Positions 34,501 through 45,300 of a stretch of 64,000 bases of DNA are shown here, piece by piece. How positions within the stretch are numbered: position 1 is the stretch's first letter; each line of letters opens with the position of its first letter. The stretch comes from Podarcis cretensis. Its lineage: Eukaryota. Made by a program: the position numbers and the translations under genes. The stretch covers positions 87,606,001 through 87,670,000 of the forward strand of contig OX638149.1 of assembly GCA_951804945.1 (NCBI GenBank), given 5' to 3'. The notes under the pieces are model-generated. The model was not told the DNA's origin. It worked only from the letters and a program-made list of their open reading frames with translations, and ran no database searches.

Positions 34501-37500
34501 ATCCCCCTGTCCAGTTGGAGGGACTTGTAAACAATAAAGCCCTTCAGGCACCCTTGGAACTTTCAAGAACAGTATTTTTTCCTCCTTTACAAAGAGTGGA
34601 GGTGCACCTATTTGGGTGACCAGCCTCCCGTGCAAATTGGGTTGGGCATCATCCTGCAGATCTAGTGCTTGACAAGAGAGGCTCTATACAAAGACTTACC
34701 ACACACCTTTTTCTTTAGGCAGGGTGTGGGCTCTGAATCACCTTTCTTTAATGCCAGCTGTTCCCCAGGCAGGTGGAGAATGAATATGGGAGCTACTATG
34801 CCTGTGACTATAACTACATGCGCCACCTACTGGGTGTCTTTCGTGCCTCCCTGGGTGAGGAAGTTGTGCTCTTCACCACAGATGGCACTTCAGTATCTGA
34901 ACTCAAGTGTGGGACACTGCAGGGCTTATATGCCACGGTGGACTTTGGACCAGGTACAGTGATGTTGGGTGAGCTCTGATGCGATTGGAAGGAGGTAGGA
35001 AGGAATCTTGCTTTGACTTCTGCTCCTTTCTTTGCCCTTTGACAGAAGAAAACGTGACGGAGGCATTTATGCTGCAGCGACTGTATGAGCCAAAGGGACC
35101 ACTGGTGAGAGGGTCTGGCCTTTCCATGTAGAAGAATGGCACCTCATGCCTTAAATCATGCTTAGTCCTTCCTTGGCACCCATCTCCAAAAATAATCTGG
35201 CTGCATCTTAACTGAGCCATCTTCTGTTTTATTTCCACCCCTTATACTTGACTTCCATGATCCTTCTGTAGCAGTTTCCAAGGCAGCCAGAGAGTCATGC
35301 ATGCGAAATCCTCACTTGCCCCAGCAGTTACTGAGCTATGAGACCAAAGAGCTTGTAGTCCAATGCTTTCAGGAGCCTCTTGATAGGCAATGAGCTGGCC
35401 TGTCTTCTTTGCATGAAAGCAAATTATTCCAGAGCCATAATCCCATTGCTGTGGACCTTATCGCACAAAAATTGGTTGGAAGTTGCATATTGCCCAGTGT
35501 TGCAGTGCAAGCAGTAGTCACACCACATAGCCTGTCCTGGGCATTATAGGTGTGAGGTCTGGTACAATGAGATTCCAGCACAGAGGAGGGAGCAAACTTG
35601 GTATTTCCTATTCCCAGTACTTTGGCAGAAGTGATGGAATTGACCTGACTGCTACTGCTCCATAAATGTTTTAATTCTGCCTCCCTCCTAGGTGAATTCT
35701 GAGTTCTACACTGGTTGGCTGGATTACTGGGGTGAGGCACACTCCACAAAAAGTGCTAAGAAAGTGGCTAACAGCCTACAGAAGATTCTAGAAATGGGAG
35801 CCAACGTCAACATGTAACCGTGAGGCCATAGGGGAGAGTGGGCAGTGGGGCACAAGGGATGGTACAAAGAAACAAGAGCTAGTGCCAAAATGCCAATCCA
35901 TAGCTCTTTGCTTCATCTTGTTAACTGTGAACCTCTCATTTTGCCTTAGAGGTGTGTGCGCACCACATTTTCACATCTTTTTTGGCCATTTCCCTAGCGG
36001 ACAAAAATTCCCTTGCAGAACAAGAATAAGGTGCGTTGTCTTAGACAGTCCCCTAAGCCAAAAACTACCACACTTCTATTCCAAAGCATTCCCCAACTGC
36101 TGCACCACATTAAAGGTAAAGGTAAAGGTACCCCTGCCCGTACGGGCCAGTCTTGACAGACTCTGGGGTTGTGCGCCCATCTCACTCTAGAGGCCAGGGG
36201 CCAGCGCTGTCCGGAGACACTTCCGGGTCACGTGGCCAGCGTGACATCGCTGCTCTGGCCAGAGCCAGAGCCAGAGCCGCACACGGAAACGCCGTTTACC
36301 TTCCCGCTGGTAAGCGGTCCCTATTTATCTACTTGCACCCGGAGGTGCTTTCGAACTGCTAGGTTGGCAGGCGCTGGGAGCGAGCAGCGGGAGCGCACCC
36401 CGCCGCAGGGATTCGAACCGCCGACCTTTCGATCGGCAAGCCCTAGGCGCTGAGGCTTTAACCCACAGCGCCACCTGCGTCCCATGCACCACATTAGTTC
36501 ACATCTATTTGTTTCCTATTCCACTGCCTGTCATTGCCCCTTTATTTAAATAGGAGGCTAACTCTTCCTGTGATATCTGACTTTCTTCCAGGTATATGTT
36601 CCAAGGTGGCACCAACTTTGGTTACTGGAGTGGTGAGTTTCTGGCTCCTTAGGGCAACTAGGGAGACTTAGCTTCTGGCCAGATGATTGGGGGGCACATA
36701 AGAGGTGCTTTCTTCTCACACCTTCTCTATCCAGGTGCTGATTACAAGGATGGTTACAAACCCATAACTACTAGCTATGACTATGACGCACCACTCTCAG
36801 AGGCTGGAGACCCTACTGACAAGCTGTATATCATCCGCTCAGTCATTAGCAAGGTAACAATACAGCCCTCTTCTATCAGTGGGTGGAATGCAGTTGCTGA
36901 AGACATTTTCGATTGCCCAGGTTTTTGGTTCTTAACCTATATAGTTCTCTGGGTATGATTTATGACCTATTTTTGGTGCTAATCTTTTAATGAGGTGGAA
37001 TCCTTTTTATTATTGCTTTTGGAAAAAGATCTCCATACATTTTTATGCATATTTATTCTGTGTTTTTAAATGGTTGACAAGTTGTTCGGTATTTTGAAAT
37101 ATTTTGTAAATTGTTTTGAGACATTTTTGTAGAAAGTGATGAATCAATGCAATAAATAAAATAAGCAGACACCAGCCAAGCAGCAGATTTGAGGAGGAAG
37201 AGGGAACAAGTGTTTGAGAGACTGTGTGCGTGTGCACGCGCACATGTGCATGTAAGAGGTTCTAACAGTGTAACATCTTTACTCAAAAGTAAGTCCTACT
37301 CAGTGGGGCTTGTTCCCTGTTGCATCCATGCCATACATGGTTTGGAAGTTGTAGATGATGTACTTTAGCACAGGCACAGAAATACAAGGTACTTTTAGTT
37401 TCCATTATTTATTATTTTATCCTACCCTTTCTCTAAGCTCTGGGTAGCTTTGCAAGGTTCTCCTACCCCCTTTATCCTCACAAGATGCTGGTGAAATGAG

Positions 37501-40500
37501 TTAGCCTGATTGGTCTGCTGGTGTGCTGCTTCTGACAGCAAAATGTTTTGAGCTGGCTTGCTTCCCTAACTTTGGTGTTTTCTTTTTTAAAACGTTAGTT
37601 TCAGGAGCTGCCCGCAGGACCAATGCCACCCCCTACCCCGAAGTTTGCATATGGCTATGTATCCGTACCCCAGGTGAGTGAGAGCTAGAAACCATTCCCT
37701 TACAAGTGCATGTCTTTAGTTGGATGATGGAGTGACTGCTCTCTTGTGGGCACCTTCCTGAACTTTCAGTGTGTTTCAGCTGAGGTGCAAGTTGGTAAGG
37801 CAGGAAAGCAAACTGGGGAGAAGTCTGAAGAAAGTGAAATGGGAGCTGGTGGAAAGCAGAGGAGCCTCTGTGATGATTGTATATGAGAGACTGCACATGT
37901 AAAGATAGGTACAGGGCCTTCTTGGTGGTGGCACAACAGACTCATTTTTAGATTGTGATTAAAGTGGTTTTTATTTCTGAAAGCATTTTACGATTGACTC
38001 TACAATCTTTATTTGTTTTCTCCTGGTTTTAGTGTTGCTGTATCCTTAGCTTTGGGGTGATAAGATAATTAACAATAGCCATTTGGGTGGGTTGGGGGAA
38101 GCATACTTGAATAATTGAACAATTTAAAGGCAATAAATGAACCCATCATCTTTTCTGTAGCGTGTGGCCTTGCTGGATGTTCTTGCCATTCTCTCGCCTT
38201 CCTTGCCATTCTATTCCTCCTATCCGATCACCTTTGAAGCTCTGAAGCAGGTAAGAAAGTAGATTAAGAGTCTGGGTCAGCAAAGACCCATGGCTATTTC
38301 TGCTTAAGAGTCCCCAGTGGGATTGCAGTTGACACCTCTTGCGGATTCTGTTCTGCATTCCAGGCCCATGGCTTCATGCTCTACCGGACCCTTCTACCAC
38401 AGGAAATCGTGGAGTCTGCCTTGCTCAGTGCCTCTAGGAATGGGGTCCATGATCTTGCCTACGTTCTGCTCAATGGAGTAAGGTGGAGAGTGGGGACCTT
38501 CCTAGTGGGTAGGGAAGATTATTACTTAGGTAAACTGAAAGGTTTAACAAGTCCTAGGCCCCACACTCTGGTTCACTGCATTTTCATAGGATGGGTCAGA
38601 GCCTGGGGCACACAGGAGCTTTGCTTCAGCTCTGTCTTGGAGCACCAGCTAACCTTATTTCTTTCCTGCTTCAGGAGTACCAGGGGACACTGGAAAGAGA
38701 CAGAGTGAATGGGATCAATATATCGGGCCAGCTTGGGGACACATTGGACTTGGTGGTGGAGAGCATGGGTCGCATCAACTTTGGGGCCAATGACAGTGAC
38801 TTTAAGGTGCATTTGAAAAGGGAGCCTGGGGCTACTACTGCCAGAATAGTTGGCTGAAGGATAACACTTCCACTATTGTCCATTGGAGGCATGCATGGTT
38901 GGCATGGACTTAAAGGCTGCTGTCTCATACACATACGGGAGTAACTATGGAATTCAAACTGTAATAGTGTACAATCATAATCAGCACATTACTATGGCAA
39001 CCACAGGAAGAAAAGTCATTAAGTGGTCCACCAAGGCACTCGGCAATTTTCAAGTTGTCTGTGGGGAACCACTGGACTAGAGTCTAATGAAATAAGTGAG
39101 GGCCTTCTTTGTGTTTTGGAATGTTGTATTGTGCTGCCTTAGGAAATGGACTACAGTAGAGCTGAAGTGGGGCAGTCCCACTTTTTAGCTGCTGCAAGAT
39201 CTGATGTAAGTCAATAATGTGAATGGCAAAATAGATCTAAGAATGAACACTCAGGGGTGTTGGGGTGCACTGCTGTGCTGGTTATTTGCCAGCAATCTAC
39301 TCCACCATCTCCTCTTGTGGGTGCTTTTCTAACCTTATTCTCGACTGCACCTAACCTGCCTCTAACTTATCTTTGTGCCCAGGGTCTGATCCACAATATC
39401 ACACTGGGTACCTCCATACTCAGTGACTGGATCATCTACCCCCTAGACATAGACACAGCTGTAGCCCATGCATGGCCGCCAACTGCCCAGTCAAGCAGTG
39501 GGCACACAGGACCTGCTTTCTATACAGGAACATTCACAACACCGGGCATCAGCGAGGACTCCTACTTGAAGCTCCCAGGCTGGACCAAGGTAATGCAATC
39601 CTCAGATTAACTTCAATTTATTCAATTATTAAACTGATACCTGCCAGTATTCAAAACTCCCATTGTTCTTTTGTGAAAGGAAATTTCATTAGCGCAAGCA
39701 GTTTCTGCGCTCTGGGCATAGTACTGCACCTAAAATTTCAGATTAGAACTGCAGAGTGGAAGGAAAGGAGGACCATTTTCTGCCTCCCCACTTCCAGCTA
39801 TTCTCTGAAGACTGGAGAAGAGACCCTCTTAAGAATATTGGGGGCGGGGGGCAGGGAAGGAGTAGACCATGTTAAAAAATGAACGTATTTTAGCTGCAGC
39901 TCATTCATTTTCAGCTTTGTATTCTTGTTATAAAAAGGGTGCCTAGACATTCCGTTGTTGCGCCCATAACCTAGATTTAAGGTGCCATTTAGCTCCTAGC
40001 TTTCATCTCTGTTTCTAACACTAATACCTGCCCTTCCTCCTATGGCATCATAATGAGTAGACCAAACTTCACTGAGACAGCTATGTTCTTCCCCTCAGCT
40101 TTTCTGCTGTGTCTAGTTATGGGCAAAGGGGCCCCTGCCACCCAAACAGCTAGTTGCCACTCTTACACATTGATAATCTTAAAACAGTGGCTGGAGAAAG
40201 GGTAATAGTATCAAACTAGTGGTATTTAAGACCATGGAAATAAAGTCAGTCTATGCCCACCTACTCCCTAAGAAATTGTGCTTAAAATCAGTGCAACATG
40301 TTTTGAAGGAAACATGTTTCCCACTGCACCCATCAAGCTGTGTTTGTTTCAAAAGATCTAGGCATAAATAACAGTAGATAAAAGTGACTGTTGGAACCCA
40401 GAAGAGTAGTGTTTCAGGGTGCTCCAAAAAATGTATTGTTTTATAAAAGCCCCTCTCACGTTTTCACCCAGGGTCAGGTCTGGATCAATGGTTTCAATCT

Positions 40501-40690
40501 GGGCCGGTTCTGGCCAGTTCGTGGACCGCAGCAAACTCTCTATGTGCCTGGCTCATTCCTCAGTGGCTCAGCCATCAACACTCTCGTCGTTCTTGAACTG
40601 CAGGATGCCCCAGATAATCCCAAAGTGCTTTTTGTTTCCCGCCCCCTTCTCAATGTTACCTACAACAACACCCACAAAGACAGGAAGTGA
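30948..40690 (+). CDS. GLB1L: Beta-galactosidase-1-like protein (GH35), 16 coding exons, 630 aa
   Basis: Exons 30948-31001, 31892-32064, 33060-33210, 33620-33680, 34189-34283, 34773-34953, 35046-35104, 35692-35813, 36592-36632, 36735-36853, 37599-37673, 38161-38250, 38364-38477, 38675-38806, 39383-39589 and 40472-40690; total 1893 nt. Signal peptide [16 protein letters not shown]35 motifs [34 protein letters not shown] (acid/base Glu) and VNSEFYTGW (nucleophile Glu). Syntenic position between STK16 and ANKZF1. Confidence 0.94.
31523..31551. repeat. (GT)n microsatellite
   Basis: About 14 GT units. Other GT runs near 3691, 8086, 13683, 18820, 32862 and 58482. Confidence 0.9.
32635..32850. mobile_element. 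GC-rich hAT-type MITE in a GLB1L intron
   Basis: TIRs CA(C/G)TGGCGGAG. Near-perfect 8-bp TSD AGTGTGTG/AGTGTGAG. Confidence 0.75.
36113..36484 (-). mobile_element. Sauria SINE, full length
   Basis: Minus strand has a tRNA-like head (GGGACGCAGGTGGCGCTGTGG A box, GGTTCGAATCC B box) and an (ACCTTT)n tail. 12-bp TSD TGCACCACATTA at 36101-36112 and 36485-36496. Confidence 0.9.
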
Positions 40691-40974
40691 GAGGAATTAC
40701 TGTCCAGCTACGAAGTTGCTGAGATCTGCACGTGTTACTCCAAGGGGAAGACTGAAACCATCACAATGTAGGAGGCAAATGAATAGAGGGCACTGTCAGA
40801 TGAAGGTTCTGTGCTTTTAAAGAGTAGCCCAGGCAGAAAAACAAAACTAGAAACAGATTGTAAGTATTCAAAACCGTTCAGCGGAGTATCCTTCACAGCT
40901 GCTGCTGTATAGGGCACATTACCACGGACAGACTCTTGGTGCCTTAATATGGTGTTTTAGGTACTGGACCTTGG

Positions 40975-40980
40975 ATTAAA
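40975..40980 (+). terminator. GLB1L candidate polyadenylation signal (ATTAAA)
   Basis: First canonical-type hexamer, 285 nt after the stop. Confidence 0.5.
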
Positions 40981-41279
40981 TATTCATACACCTACCACAG
41001 TTCTGCATTGTAGTTTATTCATTCACAATACTTTGAGAGGCTGGGGCAGGGGGAAGAGAAAGGTATGGGGAAAGGCAAATAAGAATGGCTCCAGTTGGAA
41101 GCTGCCCAAACAATGCAATGAAAATAGTGGTGGCGGCCATCCAAGGGGTGGCAGAGATTGATGACATGGCACAACAATACCCCCAACCTCTATGCAACAT
41201 TAGAAGCAAAGGGAGAAATTCTCTACATCACCTTAAAAAGGACATTTGTTGTATCTTGACTCATAAGCCTTCTTGTATA

Positions 41280-41821
41280 CCATATTTTTCACCCTATAGG
41301 ACGCATTTTTCCCCCTCCAAAAATGAAGGGGAAATGTGTGTGCGTCCTATGGGGCGAATGCAGGCTTTCACGAAGTTGCGCCGGGCTCCCGAGCGCTGCG
41401 CAGAGCTGCCTGCAGTCCCGAGGGCTGCGCAGAGCTGCCTGCAGTCCCAGGCTCTGCGCAGCTCTGCGCAGCCCTAGGGAGGCCGGCACGAAGTTGCGCC
41501 GGGCTCCCGAGCACAACGCAGAGCTGCCTGCAGTCCCGGGCTGTGCAGAGCTGCCTGCATTCCGAAGCCTGGGGCGCGCTGAAGAGCGTGCCCGGGCTTC
41601 GCGCAGCTCTCCGCAAGCCTGGGGAGACCAGCGCGACTTCCCGCTGGGCTCCCTAGGCTTGCGGATAGCAGGCTGTTCTCGGGGCTGGGGTCGGGGGAAG
41701 CTTGGGCTTGCCCCGTGCCTGGGGGGGAAATAATTTTTTTTTTCTTTATTACCCACCCCCCCAAAAAAAAAACCTAGGTGCGTCCTATGGGGCGGTGCGC
41801 CCTATGGGGCAAAAAATACGG
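41280..41821. mobile_element. Non-autonomous Tc1/mariner (Tc2-like) DNA element with internal GC-rich tandem repeats
   Basis: TIRs CCATATTTTTCACCCTATAGGACGCA and CCGTATTTTTTGCCCCATAGGGCGCA, with TA on both flanks. Internal repeats of GCAGAGCTGCCTGCAGTCCC. Confidence 0.85.
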
Positions 41822-42271
41822 TAACTTGTTTTGCAGTAACTTTTAGAGACATAGTCAGGGCTAGAGATAGCAGCAGGTCCATGTTACTGTAGCTATTATT
41901 TTATTTGAGGAAATAACTGATCAAATAGTTCTTTTCCTGGAAAAAAATTCTCATGAGGATTCTGTTAACATTGGTATACTTGGAGCTAGCAAAGAAACCA
42001 GTGTCTCACCCTCTTCTCTCCAGTCTCTAAAAGGAACCTGTACTTCTTTCCTCATGGAAAGCAGTCTTCCAATGCCTCCTCCAACCCCATCTCCCATACA
42101 TAAAATCCTGCTTCTAGTGTAAAAGGTAAGAAAAAGACCTTTTAGAGGTGTCATTTCTCAGCCAGTAAGGTACCAGCTGCCCAGGTTAGCCTCCTCTGGA
42201 GTACACGGAAGCAGCTAGTACGTTTTTGCTGCACTTCCTCATCTAAGTGACAGCAGTCATAGACTAGATTT

Positions 42272-42277
42272 TTTATT
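42272..42277 (-). terminator. ANKZF1 proximal polyadenylation signal
   Basis: Minus-strand AATAAA about 55 nt after the stop. More distal copies lie at 41900 and 41014. Confidence 0.55.
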
Positions 42278-42331
42278 TCCATTCAGATTCTAGGAAGTAG
42301 ATCATTAAGGCCCAAATTTAAAAAACCCTAG

Positions 42332-45300
42332 CTAGGACAGGGCAGCATTTGCTTGTCGATGAGTTCGCAGACAGTTCGTGGAACAGAAGGAGAAGTCAAG
42401 GTAATGGAAGGGAATGCGGCCCAATAGCGACTCTCCACATAGCCAACAGCGCCTACAGAAACCAAAGAGACAGCACAAGCTTGGAATCATTGTAGTTGGA
42501 GGTCATGCCAAAAAGGAACACATCACTCACCCACCTTACCTGGTATTGGTAAGAGTTGCACTGGAGTCTTTTAGTTGGGAAGCAAGTCTCCTCTCAGCCG
42601 CCAACGCACGCTAAGAAGCAATACACACATACTATTAGGAACAACAACAAAGAACTGTCCCCCAGGGTCTATAGGGAGAAGTGTCTTCATCCCATTGTAC
42701 AAAATCCTATGTAAAACAAGCGGTTCATTTAGGAGGATGTGCAAGGATGTTCCACAGCTGGGTCAAACTATAAAAGCAATCTGCTTGTATGTCACATACC
42801 AAGTCCAGAGTTAGCCATGTTCCTTTTGTTCAAGGGAGCTTGTGGAAATTAAAAACTAAACAGATTTCACCAGAGATCTTCCTAACAGGAGGGCGTAAGT
42901 ATTTTAGTAAAATGCAGCAGAAATGCCCTATGATATTTAAGTCCATCAGAATAACACACACGGTTTACAGAGCAGGAACAGACTGGTTCAGGGTAGCAGG
43001 TTCCAAATTCCTTTCTCAAGGTAACTTTGGCTGTATAGCAAAGACTCAGGAAGTAGGACAGATCTGTGAGTTATTCTCTATCTCAGGAGGCCTTTCTTAA
43101 ATATAGGTCATTTCCATGGAAAAGACAGAGATGCCTACCTAGATTCAGGACATATCCCAGCATGACAACATTAAGTAGATCTTCAAGATCCTCATTACAT
43201 TCTAAAACAAAAAGCCCATTCTGTTGTCTTGCACAGATGGGTTCAGAAATGGCAACAAAAACACTCCAAAGTGGCCGATGTTGCCTGGTTCAGGAAAAAC
43301 AGTATAATAAGTCTTATCAAGTGTCTTTCTCAGGAGATGCTAGAACTAGAAGGATATCCACACCAACAGGGATGACCCAATATAACCAACTGTCAGGATA
43401 AAGAAAGGAAACAGCAAAATCTTTTCTTTACATGAAACCACAGCTTCTCTCAGACAACATTGGTCAAGCGAGCTCTGTGATCAGCACAGCAGATGATGCC
43501 ACATATCATATCAGGAAGCTTGTAGCACCAGAAGTGATGCCATCATCTGTTAAGCCGCCTTTTCTTCCTTGAGTCACCTGAGTCTTAGGCTCTCACCTTC
43601 TCACGATCACTCAGCAGGGCAAAGCAGCGTTTCTCATCCTCTTCTTGCTCAAGCAGCTGCTGTGCCTCTCGTTTCTCTTTCTCACGCTGCTTCCGCTGGG
43701 CCTTTTGTGCTTGGCGGCGTTCTGCCTGTCTGGCTTCCATTTCTGCCGTCAGGGGTCCAGGCACCTGCAATTACACAGTAGATGTGGATCCAGCAGAAAA
43801 GGGCCCAGTCCCGGCAGCAAGTAGCCAGAAGAGATCTTGAAAGGGGCTCAAGTCTCCCTTTGTTCTGTGTATGCTGCTGTCCCACTATATCTCTGGATGC
43901 AAAATCCCTAGACACCATCAAAATTCATTTCCTTCCCATCTCTGCTCACTCCAATAGCATATTTAAAGCTGGGAGATTTAAACAAACACACACAAAAATC
44001 CTTCATACACATACTCAAAGGTATCTTCTACTTAAATTAATGCCTGCTTGAGCGAGCATTTGATTAAGAGAAATCCAGGATGCCTTTTGCACTGAGTGTG
44101 AGATTCCAGAGAGCTATGCAAAGGATGGGTACGGGTGGCAGGGTCTAAAAGAGCCCCCCCCACCCCAAATAGTTAAGTTATGTGGGAATTAGTGGAAGGA
44201 AGGCAAAAAGGACTCTGGAATTCTTCTTATCAAGCCTTCCCTTCTTAAACTGCAAGCTGTGCAACTCAAAAACTGTCCAAGGTCAGTAACATACAAGAAC
44301 AGATAAGGAGTCTTCTGTGGGCAGCTGGTTTGGCCCAGGATGATCAACTTGCACTTGCCTTCTATTTATTCACAAGTGTAAGCGCCCACACTAGACACTT
44401 TCCAATTCTTCATACATGCATCCAGAGCATTCTTCATACATGCATCCACCCACCTGAGCCCGGTCGTAGTCATATTTCTCAGGCTGTTCACCCCTGAACC
44501 TTCGGAATTCATTACGAGTTTGTTTATTGGCAGAAACACAGTATGGAGGCTGTTCCTGTCTGTCCCTGGGGAGGAAACACAATGTAACTTTAGGTCCAGA
44601 TCTGTGACCTACACCACAGTTAGGCTGCCATATGTCCAGATTTCCCCAGAAATTACTGGGATTTCAAAGGGGGAATTGACGTCCGGGGGGAATTTCCAGA
44701 AGGCAGCACTTTGTCCTGGATCTTAGGCAAGTCAATCGAAAATTCACTTTTGGGGGGGCTTTTGGGATGCTCTGGTTTTTACTTTTGGAAATATGGCAAC
44801 CCTAACCACTGTAGAAGATGACACTGCTGGGAAATGGAAGCAGCATGTGCCACATCACTTTTGTTGCTTCTACAACTGGGTACTGGAAGTGAGAGAGAAG
44901 CCCAAACCATCCCAGGCTATGAACAGATTTGAAATTTGTCCCAGAGAGTGGAATGTCCTCCAGCTTCCTATGCTTGCATAGGTACTTGGACAAAGTGGCC
45001 CTCAAGTGTTCTGGCCCTTTGAGAACAACTAATGCTCAATACCTCTGAAAGACCTGGGCTCAGACTTAATGTGTAACTGAGTCAAGGACAGCTGACACTC
45101 AAGAGGAGCAGCTTGAATTTCATGGGGTCAGCAGTTCTGACTCAAAGAGCAGAAGTGCAACTCAAGAACCAAGTATTAGGACTCTAGGCATCAATATAGT
45201 CTTCTCAAGATGGGCATTACCTAAGGGATGGGTCAGCCCCCATCTCCAACAGCAGCCGCACAACTGTACTCCTTCCAGCTGCTGCCGCCACATGCAAAAG

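Noticed and set aside
36405-36483. tRNA-like A and B boxes
   Set aside because: Head of the Sauria SINE, not a tRNA gene.
41289-41764. Repetitive ORFs and a repeat array superficially like CRISPR
   Set aside because: Eukaryotic context, tandem units lack unique spacers, and the array lies inside a TIR element.
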